Assembly: GCA_951406725.2 (NCBI GenBank)
Contig: OX597840.1
Span: 22,940,001-23,004,000 of the forward strand
Direction: 5' to 3'
DNA: 64,000 bases
DNA from: Octopus vulgaris
Taxonomy: Eukaryota
The first letter of the stretch is position 1. Every line of letters begins with the position of its first letter. The translations under genes and the position numbers were made by a program. Positions 25,662 through 40,756 of this stretch are shown here, piece by piece. Below the pieces are notes generated by a model that was not told the DNA's origin, made no database searches, and saw only the letters and a list, made by a program, of their open reading frames with translations.

Positions 25662-25689
25662 TATGTACACATACACACATATATATATA

Positions 25690-25727
<38 letters not shown>

Positions 25728-25784
25728 CACACACACATATATACACACACACGCACATATATATATATATATATACATACATGT

Positions 25785-25844
<60 letters not shown>

Positions 25845-26486
25845 GTAGAAAATTTTAGATTAAAAACCCTTAATTTAAAAAAAAAATTTTTTTTTTCCTC
25901 GCATTGATTATGGAATGACACAGAATATGTGTCTATTCTTCACTCACGGATTTACGTGTCCGTCCGACTGTTGTCTGTCTGTCTCTCTTCATCTCCATCT
26001 CTCAACCTCTGCACTATAACGCTGGCGTAACGTTTGGTGTTACGGGAGACTACTCACAAATATATTGTATGGGAGTTACTTCCATTGAACGATGCTTTGA
26101 AGCCACTTGACGTTCATATTCTGATGTTTACCTGTTAAGGGAGACTACTCTCAAATACAGATGGTTTATATATATAGGAGTTCTTGATGTAATTTACCTA
26201 CGAACTAAGATTTTCTCGTCCGTCGTTTACTGGTTTCAGTTCTTGGACAAGGCCATGCTGGAGCACCACATCGACGTGTTTACTCACACTCATCGAAGGC
26301 TGCGCTTATCTCTGTTCACACTGCTACTCATTTCGTCGTTCTCCTTTTGTTGAATTGCTAAGTTACGATGACGTAAACAGCCAAAACCGAAAATGAATCG
26401 GTCACGAGGGAGAAACACAAGTCACAGATATGGAAATATATGTGTGGGTGTGTGTGTGTGTGTGCGTGTTTGCGCACGTAAGTGTA

Positions 26487-27340
<854 letters not shown>

Positions 27341-27448
27341 TAGACATACATATATACATACATATATACATATATATATATGTATGTATATATGTATATA
27401 TACATATGTGTGTGTGTGTGTGTGTATACAGGTATGTATGTATATATG

Positions 27449-27487
<39 letters not shown>

Positions 27488-27497
27488 ATACAGGTAT

Positions 27498-27529
<32 letters not shown>

Positions 27530-27592
27530 TATTGATTTGCCTAATAGTGGTTTTATCTCTAATTTAATATAATATATCCTATACATTTATAT

Positions 27593-27625
<33 letters not shown>

Positions 27626-27663
27626 TGATCAAAATAAAATAAAAACATGATGCGAAGGATTCA

Positions 27664-27741
27664 GCGGTACATATGTTTCGGGCCTTTATTAGACAGATTT
27701 ATAACAATGCATAATGTATGTCTGTGGCCTTCTTCAGCCGC
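27664..27741 (-). ncRNA. Type I hammerhead ribozyme, mirror copy in left arm
   Basis: Reverse complement of 28024-28101. Confidence 0.7.
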
Positions 27742-28023
27742 GCACAACAGCTTCCACAAGGACATGTGTTACATCAAAAATTCTTGGTTGGGGATGCAAA
27801 TCCTCTCATTCACGTACGACATAATGCGGCAGCAGCATAGAATTGAAGCGTCCATCTCTTTCTTCTCTCAATGTGAGAAGAAAGAGATGGACATTGAGAG
27901 AAGAAAGAGATGGACGCTTCAATTCTATGCTGCTGCCGCATTATATCGTACGTGAATGAGAGGATTTGCATCCCCAAGCAAGAATTTTTGATGTAACACA
28001 TGTCCTTGTGGAAGCTGTTGTGC

Positions 28024-28101
28024 GCGGCTGAAGAAGGCCACAGACATACATTATGCATTGTTATAAATCTGTCTAATAAAGGCCCGAAACATATGTACCG
28101 C
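28024..28101 (+). ncRNA. Type I hammerhead ribozyme (intact core) in right palindrome arm
   Basis: GCGG-CTGAAGA-AGGCC...GGCCC-GAAA-CATATG-TA-CCGC; palindromic stem III ACATATGT; GUA cleavage triplet. Confidence 0.7.
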
Positions 28102-28208
28102 TGAATCCTTCGCATCATGTTTTTATTTTATTTTGATCAATTTACTCCACCACCTACACCACTAAACGGTATACACAGGTGCTTATCATTATCAAGTACT
28201 CACCCCGA

Positions 28209-28258
<50 letters not shown>

Positions 28259-28267
28259 GTATATATG

Positions 28268-28657
28268 GATACTTTTCTACAAGAGTGGTCCCGGTGCTAG
28301 CTAGTCGCGACTAGTCGATCTTACAAAGAATACATAACTCAAGTGCGCGACTAAAAATCACCTTCGAATGCGCTAGACATGTTTGAGGTTTGTTTTTAAC
28401 AAATAATTTTTTTAAACAAAGAAAATAAAACACAAAGTAAGTAATTTATTTTGTTGAGTCTTTTATTTACTTTATTTAAGACAAAACCCATTTTATTTTA
28501 TATATAATTGATATATATTTGATATATAATATACATATATTATTATGCGTGCATCTGTTAATTTGCATACTCGCGCTAGGTCGCCGTTGCAGGATCGACC
28601 AGTCATGACGGACTAGCACGAGTGCGCGCATCGGGACCATTCTATTTGAGTAGTACT
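28268..28657. mobile_element. MITE of the same family as 2392-2601
   Basis: GGTCCCGGTGC..CTAGTCGCGACTAGTCGATC ... GATCGACCAGTC...GTGCGCGCATCGGGACC...GAGTAGTAC. Confidence 0.7.
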
Positions 28658-29935
28658 TTGGTAGAGTATGGAGTACTGGTTATGTGGTCATGCTGCCTCT
28701 AATTTTTATTTCATCCCCCTGCAATGCTTCTAGATGTATCACCAACGTATGTAATGTTCTTGTCTTTACAAGCACCCCACAAGAAAATCTCTGTTTATAG
28801 ATGGGTAGAGGCGAATTATATCCAATCTACCCGGACACAACCTGTGAGATGTTCAGAGGGTTTGCAGCTATTGATTCTACTGAGGAGATCCTCTCTGCTC
28901 ACAAAGACGTGTGTCGCCATTTCCGTGAGTGGTCGTAACACCTGCGAGAGGAAGGAGAATAATTACCATTGTCCCTTTTTTTAATGAAGGACTCATGAAA
29001 TTGTAAGATGTATTTGGAGTCAGGATTTTGCTCCATGAGCCCTCTACATTTTGGGGTTTATAAAATATTAATGTTGATGAGAATAATAATAATGATTTTT
29101 TTTTTTTTTAAGTACAAAAGCTGAAATTTGTAGGAAGGGGACGAGTTAATTTCAGGGACTTGAGTGCTCTACTGCTTATTTTATTTACCTCGAAAGGATG
29201 GAAGTCATACTTTGAAAGGAAAGACGTTTGGGGCCCCAACTCATGACAGACGAAATATAAAGAGGGACCTTCACTGTGGGCTAGCTAGGAAGCTGGTCTT
29301 CAGATAAGGGACTCCTGGTTAGGTGGGAGGGGCATCTGGATGCTCAAATGTATGTATGTGTGTGTATGTATGTGTGTATATGTATGTATGTACGTATGTA
29401 TGTATGTATGTATGTGTGTATGTACGTATGTATGTATGTATGTATGTACGTATATGTATGTATGTATGTGTGTATGCACATACGTACGCATGTGCGTATG
29501 TATGTATACGCACACGTATGCATGTGCCCATGTATGTGTGTGCGTACATGTACGTGCGTATGTACGTCTGTATGCCCATATGTAGGTATGTATGTATGTA
29601 TGTACTCACGTGCTACGTATGTATGTGAGTGTCCAGGAGAATGGGCAGACGCGTCTGTGAGAGTGTGTACATGTGTAGGTGTATGTGAACGTATGTCCGT
29701 GTACTGGTATATGTCCGTCCAAGTTGTGTACATGACTGTTACTTGGTTGAAGGTTGTATACATACACACATATATGTTTGTATAGACGCACACACACACA
29801 TATATATATGTGTGGTTGTGTGTTTGTTCCTCTCATCACCGTCTAACTGTGAATGGATGCAACGTTTAGGTGCAACTGTGCACATGTAACCGTATCCATA
29901 TACACAAGTACACACACTCATAAATATATATATAT

Positions 29936-29985
<50 letters not shown>

Positions 29986-30010
29986 GTGTGTGTGTGCGTA
30001 TGTATATAAA

Positions 30011-30064
<54 letters not shown>

Positions 30065-30374
30065 TACAATCTTAAAATACTCATATATACTTATCCACTT
30101 CTATATACATGTCCTATTACACACATACACACACACACGCACGCACACATACATACAAAATACGACGCAGTATTATATATTTATATATGCATAAACGCAT
30201 ATATATACAATACATCCATCCATACATGCTCATATGTAGCACCACACACGCACATACGTATGAGACAACGTACGCTCATACAGTTACATATAACTGCACA
30301 TAAGTGTTTTAGCACCACGCATTGCAACATGTATGTAAGGATTACAAGTAAATGAGAGAGAGAGAGAGGGGTGG

Positions 30375-32647
30375 TTATAGAATGGTCCTCCTGAATGGGA
30401 TCTGGATGTTACTCCATTCGGATTTTCGGTTGAGAGTAGGTTTGTATTCTTGTATACAAACAGCTTCTGTGACCTGTCTCAACATTGCATCGGTGGGATG
30501 TGTTGATAGGATGTTCAGCTTAAGTTTCCCTAAGGATCCCTTGTGGCAGTCTACAGTATGTTGGTAGAAGATGGAGTTTGGCTTCCTTTCAATGTAGTTG
30601 TCCAGGTGTTCTTTGAACCTATCATTGATACTTATAGAAGTCTCACCTATGTATGACTCTGGGTTAGTCGCGCAAGCTCCTTCTTGGCACTCAATTTGGT
30701 ATACAGTGCCCTTGGTTTTGCAGTTTACATGAGGATTTGTCGAACATACTGCACAATTACTTTGACAGGTGATTCTATCAAATGGATATGATCTGCATAA
30801 TGCCGATTTGATAGTCCTACCCGTCTTTTCTACAACTTTAACTTTTAGGCCAGTAGTGTGCAGGATTTTCTTGAATGCCTTACTTAGCTCGTCCTTATGT
30901 GTGGCGTAAACGAACATTACTCCGTGAAATTTCCTGTTATCATACCAAGTAACGTTTCTCATCCTTTTGTTGGTGTCCCTCTCTAACCTATTCCAGAACT
31001 TGTTGCGGTACAGGGGGCATATACCGTTTTCGTCGTTCCTTAGAATGCGTTCGAATCTAGCTTTCGCTCTCTTGTACACTCTGACTCTATCGTCTTGTGT
31101 GTATCCGGAGCGTTGCATTCGGAATATGTAGTGCTGGATGTGTTGTTGTCGTTCTTGTGGTTGGCATAGTGGTGATACATTCCTCATTACTCTAATTAAG
31201 TCTGCCACTAGGATGTTGAGTCACTACGGATTACTAGTGGATTAGCCATCGGTTTATGATAGTGTGAGTGGAGTATACAGGGTTTTATGGTTCCATTAAC
31301 CATAGCATCTTCTATCCATAGCTCAGTATCTAGGACGGGTAATCGTTTACTGGGGTGTTTAGAGGGGTAGTCTATGGTAAATTTTATATTGCTGTGGATA
31401 GAGTCAGCTATGTGTTGTATAGATGTCATCACCTGTTCTTCACTTGGTAGAGGGCCCATAATTGTGTCTGTATTATAACATTTCACAACAAGGTTAATGT
31501 CGTCGACGTAACGAGAGTACATAGCCAAGTGGATGTTACGGTTTGCTAGGCACTGTTTAAAATGTTTGTCCCACCATACCATGAAGAGGTTTGCAACGTC
31601 ACCGGCGATCCCCACTCCAATAGCACCGCCTTTCGTCTGCTTATACAGTTTGTTGTCAAGCTTAAAAATATGTGTTTTCAGCGTAATTCTCAGGCTGACA
31701 CCGATAGCATGTGCGATGGTGGTTCTAATGTCGTGTGCACTTGAAGGTGGGTAGTCCGGCTTTGTCCATCCCTTCAAGCGCTCACAGTGAGTCTTTCTGT
31801 ATGCTGAGGTAATGGTAGGTGGTCTACCTCGTTTGTTACGGGTGGGACAAGAATATAGGCTATTGCGCGATAGGTATTCATTGGTACACGTCAGGGCCAG
31901 GAAGAGCCCTAGTTCATATACATCCACATTCTTAAATATCATACCACTCTCACTAACCATTTCTATACATTTATCGACAGCAAAGTCTACATCGATGGAG
32001 GGATATAGTGATACCACATCCATGCTACCTACGATGTGGTTCCTGAGGTCACACGTGTTGTTGCATTTGCGGATCCTGCTAAGGAGGTCCTCAGTAATGT
32101 CACATACATGCGCAGATAGCTCTATTAATGGTCGTAGGAATTGTGAGAGAAAATATGATATTTTGTGGTTGTTTGCATTGTTGGCACCACAAACGGGTCG
32201 GGTGGGTGGCCCAAGTATATGATCCATGTGGCTCTTATGATCTTTGCGAAGGCCATATAGGGGTGGAATTTCGTTGTTGGTGGTTAAGAAGTTGTTAGCT
32301 GTGCGCTTCTCCGACTGGAGAATGATACTCCACATCCCCATGTGAGCATTAATGATTTTTTCGTTCTCGATATATTCGAGTGTTGTAGTTTCTGTCATGT
32401 CTCTGATGTGTGGTTGCATGTTCGAAATGTAATTAGATATATTGTCAACAGACATCCTACCTGATTTGTCAGTTGGGAAACATACAATCTCTCTGTTTTT
32501 GATGCGATTTTTTAATTTAAGGCCTTTCTTAACTTTGGTGTTAAGATCGTGGGTCTTATTTACTGATCGTTCTTGTATATGCCTTTGGGTGTAATTAGAG
32601 AAGGCTGATAGAAACTTGGATTTAGTAAGGGTAAACTTCGCTTCCAA
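30375..32647 (-). mobile_element. Penelope-like retroelement, RT + GIY-YIG endonuclease, one frame break at 31208
   Basis: PTDKSG, PPLYGLRKDHK, SMDVVSLYPSI, GGAIGVGIAGDVANLFM, YVDDI; TVYQIECQ...SYIGET...RFKEH. Confidence 0.9.
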
Positions 32648-32660
32648 AGCAGCGTCAGTA

Positions 32661-33590
32661 TAGGGTGATCAGTTTTACCCATTCAGAAAACGGGATTTTG
32701 TGCGTGACACCACATGAAGTGAACTGAAAACAAACGAAATATTTACGGGATTCTTCTTTACGTACGCCATATGAACACTCGTATTAACTTGTCCAGAAAG
32801 GTCTGAGTGTTGTTTTGAAGCTAAATTTTTCAACGCTTCATTGAATACACCAGAAACGTAACAGAGTTAAAACTTTGGCGTTGCTAGAAGTGGTAGTACA
32901 TCTCGTCTTTGTTCCTCACAAAAATTCCGTTTATCTTTCATTCTGGTTACCCTTTAATGATATTTGAAATGGATAACCAAAAATTTTATATTCACTTTGT
33001 AATATTTTTCTTAAAAATAAATAAATGTGAAAATGCTGCAAACACTTTCAAAAACATTTGTAAAGTTTGTGATGATGCTGCAGGTGAATCAACTGTTCGA
33101 AGCTGGTTTGCAAAACTTGAAACTGGAGAGTTTAGCTTGGAAAACAACAGTCGCAGTGGAAGATCTTCAAAATTGGATGTGGATGTTTTGAAGGCAAAAA
33201 TCGAAGAAAACTCCAATATCAAGACTAGAGATCTTGCAGAGGAGTTGAAAGTTCTTCAAAGTATGGCTGATGAACACCTTGTGAAGCTAGGATACATTTC
33301 TTGCTATAATGTAATGGGTCCCTCACAAACTCTCAGAAAAGAATTGCTCGGAGCAGTATTCTGTTTGTGATATGTTTTTGAAATGGAATGAAAGCCTGGC
33401 TTTTTTTAAACGACTTGTGACTGGAGATGAAAAGTGAAAGAATTTTGGAAACGTTGATAACTTAATGCATTTTATGCATAAATTCATATACTTTATAAAT
33501 GCTTTCATAGACTTAATACACAGCAATCATAAAATATTCACTCTTATTTTTCACTTCTCCTATAAACAGAAAAAACTTTGCATGGTCACA
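32661..33590 (+). mobile_element. Mariner (Mos1/SETMAR-like) transposase relic
   Basis: TVRSWFAKLETGEFSLENNSRSGRS HTH region; RLVTGDEK followed by a stop; 3' boundary approximate. Confidence 0.8.
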
Positions 33591-35089
33591 ATTTTTTATC
33601 TAAAAACCGAAAATTGTATAGTAAATACATTATTCTCTATGTAAAATATAGGGGTCACAATTTCATGTGGGTAAAAGTTTAACGCAACATGGCATACACT
33701 GAAAACCACATCATTGGTAACTTATAAGCCAAGGCCTCGAGTCACATTTTAATTTGTAGGTAATATAAAAAACCTTGTTTAATTAAAATAATTACTTTGC
33801 CCTATGCACCCACCATCTATCTCTCTTTATTCTTGTGATCAGAACATCACCCATCTGCTACAATCATATTCCTAACTCTCTTCTATACAACTAGCTTTAA
33901 TTAACCTTTTAAACCATGTAATAAACATTACATTCCTCCTATCACACATCCTGCACACTTCTCTATTTGCCTCAATATTCGCCTTATCCTCTCCCTTCTC
34001 TTTCTTTTCCTCTAATTAAATGAAAGTATTACCAACAGGCTAAGTAATGTAACGACAAGCAGAATTATTATAAGATCACCTTTCTCTACTTCTCCCTCGC
34101 TTTTCTTCATTCTTCCCTCCTTTCCTCTATTACTCTACTTCTCTAACTAACAAAAGCATAACAGCTGAACAAACAAGCTGTTTATTATATATAGATGTAT
34201 ATTATTTCTGTAAGGTTTGGACAAAAACATTTGCAGAGTAATTACATAACGCATAAGGAGAGTGGAGAAAAAGTTTGATATTATTTATTCAGCATTACAT
34301 GTGTTTCATTTTCTAATAGGAATTACAAACTTTTACAGGGAGAGAAAATATTAAAATATTCTCCTATGACAAATTTTTCAAACATACACACAAATGCGTG
34401 TGTGTACCCTTGTCCAAATATTATGTGATGCTTGTAAAAGACCATTATACAAATGCAGTTGTTCATTTCCAGTCTTCTTTGTAAAATATTTCCTTGCTTG
34501 GAATCAGGTGAGGATTGGTGACAGGAAAGGCATCCAGCTGGAGAAAATCTCCATCAATGAATTCCATCTGATGGACAGAAGCATGGAAAAGTGAATGTTA
34601 AATGATGATGATTATCAGCATTGTAGTGATATGGTTCCTCTTCTGTATGAATGCATTTATGTTTTCATAATTGATCATTTTCATAGATTGATTCAACACA
34701 AATATCAAGAGCATTGAGAGAGGAGGGTGAATTAATTATACACAGTCATATTAATGTGAAAAATATTACATCTTTCATATTAATATGACTGCATAATTAA
34801 TTCACCATTTTCAAAGAATGATTAAGCACTGATATCACAGTGATACGATTTCCCTTGTCTGTCAACGTTCTTTTGATTCGTTAATGGATTGTTTCAAGTG
34901 AAAGATTTACTATAGATATCCCAGTAATATAGTTTCTATTTTCTGTGGATGTGCTTATGAGATACGAGCTTGTCCTTTTGAGATGTTGTAAACAAATATC
35001 AGTGTTACGGATCCACTTCCTAAGGAATGCACTTGTGTTTAACTAAGCAAGGATTTTGTGAGAATTATTTACCACAGATATCACAGTGA

Positions 35090-36370
35090 TTAGGATTTTT
35101 TTACAGAATGAATAAACTTATGTCTAGTTAAATGCCGACTTTTAGAGAATGATTTACCACAGATATCACAGTGATATGGCTTCTCTCCCGTATGTGTACG
35201 GTGGTGCTGAGTTAAGTTACCACTATCAGAGAATGATTTACCACAGATATCACAGGTATATGTTTTCTCCCCTGTATGAATACGTTTGTGCTTCGTTAAG
35301 CTACTTCCATCAGAGAAAGATTTACCACAAATATTACAATGGTATGGTTTTTCACCTGTATGAATACGTTTGTGTTTAGTTACGCTACCACCAACAGAGA
35401 ATGATTTACCACAAATATCACAGTGATGAGGTTTTTCCCCTGTGTGAATACGTTTGTGTATAGTTAGGGCAGTGCTTTGAGTGAATGATTTACCACAGAT
35501 ATCACAGGTATATGGTTTCTCACCTCTATGAACCCGTTTGTGTATAGTTAAATTATTGCCATCAGAGAATGATTTACCACAGATATCACAGTGATAAGGT
35601 TTTTCCCCTGTATGAACCCATATGTGTGTATTTAAGCTACCGTTCTGAGAGAATGATTTACCACAGATATCACAGTGATAAGGTTTTTCCCCTGTATGAA
35701 CCCGTATGTGTGTAGTTAAGCCATTGTTTGCAGAGGATGATCTATCCCAGTGATATGGTTTCTCGCCTGTATGAGCCCTTTTGTGTCGAATGAAGCTACT
35801 GTGATGAGAGAACGATGTACCACAGATATCACAGGAATATGGTTTCTCACCTGTGTGAATACGTTTGTGCTTAGTTAAACTACTGCCAACAGAGAATGAT
35901 TTACCACAAATATCACAGTGATATGGTTTCTCACCTGTATGAATACGTTTGTGGGCTGTTAAGTTAGTACTTTGAGAGAATGATTTACCACAGATATCAC
36001 AGTGATAGCGTTTCTCCCCTGTATGAACCTGTTTGTGAGTAGCTAAGTTATCTCTTCGACTGAATGATTTATCACAGATATCACAGGTATATGGTTTCTC
36101 TCCTGTATGGATACGTGTGTGTTGAGTCAACTTACTGCCAATAGAGAATGATTTACCACAGATATCACAGTGATATGGTTTGTCTCCTGTATGAATACGT
36201 TTGTGTTGAGCTAAGCTATTCCTGTCAAACAATAATTCACCACAGATATCACAGGGATATGGTTGTTCCCCTGTATGAATTTGTTTGTGTTGATTGAATT
36301 TACTTTCTTCTAAGAATGACTCTTTGCAGATGTCACAGTCATATGATGATTTTCTTAATTCTTCCGACAT
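35090..36370 (-). CDS. Poly-C2H2 zinc-finger protein, ~426 aa, 15 fingers (finger 8 broken)
   Basis: [15 protein letters not shown] start by homology to the paralogs (ORF track starts at 36394); acceptor at 36801-36800. Confidence 0.9.
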   Translation of the reverse strand: MSEELRKSSYDCDICKESFLEESKFNQHKQIHTGEQPYPCDICGELLFDRNSLAQHKRIHTGDKPYHCDICGKSFSIGSKLTQHTRIHTGEKPYTCDICDKSFSRRDNLATHKQVHTGEKRYHCDICGKSFSQSTNLTAHKRIHTGEKPYHCDICGKSFSVGSSLTKHKRIHTGEKPYSCDICGTSFSHHSSFIRHKRAHTGEKPYHWDRSSSANNGLTTHIRVHTGEKPYHCDICGKSFSQNGSLNTHIWVHTGEKPYHCDICGKSFSDGNNLTIHKRVHRGEKPYTCDICGKSFTQSTALTIHKRIHTGEKPHHCDICGKSFSVGGSVTKHKRIHTGEKPYHCNICGKSFSDGSSLTKHKRIHTGEKTYTCDICGKSFSDSGNLTQHHRTHTGEKPYHCDICGKSFSKSRHLTRHKFIHSVKKS

Positions 36371-37317
36371 CTCTTCAAGAAAAATATAATCCATCCTTCA
36401 AGTTGTACAGATCAACAACTTTTCAAAAATATTTCTCCTCTCACCAAAATTTATGGATATTTTGCTTCTTTTTGCTTTTATAGTTTATTCCAAACAAATA
36501 TCACTTCTCTTATAGTTCTTCTAAATGTGATCAATGCCAATATTTAAAAATGCTGTAAATACTGTTTGGAAATCTATCAAAGTATATTTAAAAGAGAAAA
36601 TTATCTCTTGCACATTTCAGACACAGAAGTAAAGAAATGCTTTCTCTCTCTGAGGAAATATTTTACTGTAATTCAGCAATTTTTTATAGAAGCAGGATTA
36701 TACGTTTGTAGAATATCTTTGCAGAGTCTTTCAAACATGATACATATTGATGATTCTTTAAAAGTAAAAAATACTTTTTAGCCAATTTCATGTGATTTTC
36801 TGAAAGAATAGAAAAAAATAATATAAGACATCAAGTATGTTTAAAAGGCAGATATTCAAAAGTGCAAATTTACGACATTTCTCTTTTCATAAATTGTAGA
36901 AGCAATTCTTTATCTGAACTATTATATTTATCCCATCTCTCTGTTTTCAAGAGGTTTATATCACAGACATATCTATCGTAATAACACCTCCTGGACATTG
37001 CATCTGTCCTAGACACACACACACACACCAATATACATGTCAATGACACTAGATATCTGATGGTTTCACCTCAGTCATGTGTCGTATTAACACAGCTTCG
37101 TTTTGTAACATAGACATTACTACTCCTCTGCCTCCTTCTGTACATTCGTAAATACACAAATACATAGATACGGGCAGCTTAATGTCAAAATTCTGAGGAG
37201 CTTGAAAAATGAAAAACAGTCAGTAAATAATCAGTATGGATGACTAACAGCATCAAAATCCTTAGTGGGGAATTTTAGATGTAGGAAAAATTTTTGGTTG
37301 AGGTGGAGAATGAAATT

Positions 37318-37680
37318 AGTGGAACACAGTCAAACAAGACTGTGAAGTGAGCATTTGGACATGATACAAAAAACTCAAAAATGAAGGCTGTCTGTGCAAG
37401 GCCCAAGGATCTGGACGACCACTAACATCGGAAGAGACAGTCGAGTGGGTTTGCCAAAAACTGTTTTGAAGCCCCAAGAAGTCCATAAGAAGAACAAGTT
37501 TGGAAACCCAGATTCCTCCAAAGAGTTTGGCGCGTCCTGAAGAAGGCAATGTGCTGTTGAAATGGCCTCCACGTTCACCTGAGCTGACACCTTGCCATTT
37601 CTTTCTCAGGGAGGGCCTAGTCTATGTCTCCCCTTTTCCTGCAAGCCCAGAGGAAATTAAGCAAAGAATTATTACCATAC
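37318..37680 (+). mobile_element. Tc1/mariner transposase fragment in ZNF intron
   Basis: KWPPRSPELTPCHFFL motif (WPPRSPDL type). Confidence 0.7.
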
Positions 37681-38063
37681 TGGTCGTGAGATGTGCGAAA
37701 AATAACAGCTAAATAGCTCATAAATCACAGTTGATTTTTTTCTTTTTTTGGTTGCATAACCGAACGAATTCTCGTACGCAAAAATTTCTGAAAATACCCC
37801 AAAATAAAAATATGTGACGAGGGATTATATTAGGTGCTTAAAGCAACACTCCACACACACAAAAATTAAATAAATTAGAAAAACAGATTAATTCTAACTT
37901 TTAATGATGTAGAAAAACCACCAGAAATAAAGACTTCCTACGTCTCAAATAAAAGCCGTTCCATTTCCTCTCGATACGATATTTGCTTTTCGTTTCAGTA
38001 TTTCAAGTGCACACTCGTATTTTTATACATTCCCCATTTCTTATAAAGACAAGACACTTGTTC

Positions 38064-38349
38064 AGAGTTAATTCTTCCTAATTTTGTTGCTCCGTATGCA
38101 TGTGTATTGCTTGCTCTGTTCCGACTTTACAACTGATATTTAAGAGAAAATCTAATTAAATAGACACGTGATTGGTAATTAAGTGTCTAAAGAAACAGAT
38201 GCAGCATTTTTTTTATTATGTTGACCTGTTAAATATTAATATTCGTCGTAAAAATTCTCTTGAAGCTGTCACTGTCCACTCTAACTTTTCACTCATTCAA
38301 CATATTCTCATATTTTCATCGTTGACTCTCTCTGAATATATATTACTAT
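38064..38349 (+). promoter_or_regulatory. ZNF-unit head motif variant AGAGTTAATTCTTCCT + exon 1 of the 40.8k gene (donor 38350; acceptor 40286-40287)
   Basis: Homology to the other unit heads; no Tx1 insertion here. Confidence 0.6.
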
Positions 38350-40756
38350 GTAAGTATATTTCTATTGTATATGTATCATATTACGTACGTCTGTTTGTTT
38401 CGATGTGTTGAGTAAGTTACAAGAAAGAATCTCACTAAACAAAGACGAAATAGCGGAGGTAAAGGGCATGGACCGCACCTACCTTTCCCTAATTTTTTTG
38501 CGATGGAAACCCACTTTTTCAACTTCGGAGAGGCTGTTCTTTCAATACTTTCGTTGTGTTCTCCTTTACATTCAGATATTTCATTGCATCTTTCCTTATT
38601 TCCTATATTATTTGTTAACGTCCGATGGATACCTTGTGTAGATAACTTTTCTCTTTCTTCCTCACATGTAAATTCCGCGGGAAAATTACGATGTAATTTC
38701 TAAGACATGCGGAATCTATAAAAATACGAGTGTGCGCTTGAAATACTGAAACGAAAAGTAAATATTGTATACAGAAGAAATGGAACGGATTTTATTTAAA
38801 ACCTAGGAAGTCTTTATTTTCGAAGGTTCTTCTCCATCATTACAACTTACAATTAATATCTATTTTTCAAAGGAATCTTTCTTTAAGCACCCAATGTAAC
38901 CGCTTATCACACATTTTTATTTTGGGGGAATTTTCAGAAAATTTCTGCGTATTTCTGCTGTACATGCAAGGATTCAAACGGTTATGAAACCAACAAAGAA
39001 GGGGAAAAACCGATTGAAGAGCAGTTTAGCTGTTATTTATCGCGCACCCCACGACCACCTGATACCTTCCGAGTTTCTTTCTCACTCTTACGTGCTAATG
39101 TTTTTCAATATCTTTATTCACATAAACACATTCAATGGTCCGTTGTTGAGATTTAAGGCATTATATATGGGCGAAGTTTCGCATGTCGTAGCACAGATTT
39201 CCGTCGATTTCCGTAAAAAACTTTTATTTTTTTACATAAGTAATGAGAGCGAAAGAGACTAAGAGGAAGCGATTTTATGACGAGAAGGTTTCTCTTCGAA
39301 ATCGGCCATTCAATGGTCCGTTGTTGGGATTTAAGGCATTATATATGAATTGCACTCTGTGTTTTTATGTTATTTTCAATTAATTACCTAAGTTATCCTT
39401 TTCTCTCTTCGTAATACATATATATTTAAATTCAAATTACGATGAACGTAAACAAACGAAGTTTGCTTTAGAAGCTTTGAGATGTCTTAGGAAGTTAAAG
39501 AAGTGATTTTAAATTCTCAAAGGCAGGATATTGCTAATAATATAGCCTGAACAGGATAAGCTACCCCTATTTTGCAGAAAAGTGTTGGCGGCCGGCTATG
39601 TAATTCAAACTCACACCTCCGTGATTACGCATCGCTGTATTTTTCACTCACCACGATAAACAATATTTCGTTGCGATGTAAAAAGGAAGGGAAACATTAA
39701 TTGTAAGGTGTAAGAATTTAAAAGTAAAGAAGAAAAGGAGAATAATTTAATGTTAAAACTACATCATTTGCCCCCATTGAGAAGGATTGTCACCAATTTC
39801 CTTCTCCACCTCAACCAATAATTTTTCCTACATGAAAAATTCCCCACAAAAGATTTTGATGCTGATAGTCATCCATACTGATTATTTACTGACTTTTATT
39901 CATTTTTCATATTCAACAGAATATTGACATTAAGCTGCCTGTATGTGTGTATTTATATATTTATAAATGTACGGAAAGAGGCAGGGGAGGTGTGATATCT
40001 CTTTTACGACACATGACTGAGATGAAAACATCAGATATCTAGTGTTATTGACATGTATATTGGTGTGTGTCTATGACAGACTTAATGTCCAGGAGATGTT
40101 ATTATACTACATGTGTCTACTCCCTGATATAAACTTCTTGAAAACAGAGAGATGGGATAAATTTAATAGTTCAGATAAAGAATTACTTCTACAATTTATG
40201 AAAACAGAAATGTTGTAAATTTGCACTTTTGAATATCTGCCTTTTAAACATATTTGATGTCTTATATTATTTTTTCTATTCTTTCAGAAAATCACACGAA
40301 ATTGGCTAAAGAGTATTTTTTGCTTTTAAAGAATCATGAATATGTATCATGTTTGAAAGACTCTGCAAAGATATTCTACAAACGTATAATCCTGCTTCTA
40401 TAAAACGTTGCTGAATTACAGTAAAATATTTCCTCAGAGAGAGAAAGCATTTCTTTACTTCTGTGTCTGAAATGTGCAAGAGATAATTTTCTCTTTTAAA
40501 TATACTTTGATGGATTTCCAAAGAGTATTTGCAACATTTTTAAATATTGGCAATGATCACATTTAGAAGAAATATAAGAGAAGTGATATTTGTTTGGAAT
40601 AAACTATAAAAGCAAAAAGAAGCAAAATATCCATATATTTTGGTGAGAGAAGAAATATTATTGAAAAGTTGTTGATCTGTTCAACTTGAAGGATCGATTT
40701 TATTTGTTCTTGAAGAAATATCGGAGGAATACGGAACATCATCATATGACTGTGGC

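Larger units (their letters stand above)
27624..28141. repeat. Near-perfect 518-bp palindrome (251-bp arms, 16-bp spacer)
   Basis: Mirror ORFs 27647-27955 (+) and 27810-28118 (-) are nearly identical; two arm mismatches seen. Confidence 0.95.

Noticed and set aside
27647-28118. Twin 102-aa ORFs on opposite strands
   Set aside because: By-product of the palindrome
29840-29900. Possible hammerhead at the end of the 30-32k Penelope element
   Set aside because: Both core boxes too degenerate to support
35149-35379. [10 protein letters not shown] ORFs (also 40863, 55553, 63026, 63377)
   Set aside because: Antisense shadows of the finger repeats
38984-39262. 92-aa ORF duplicated at 52190-52468
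   Set aside because: Lies in duplicated intron sequence; no domain recognised
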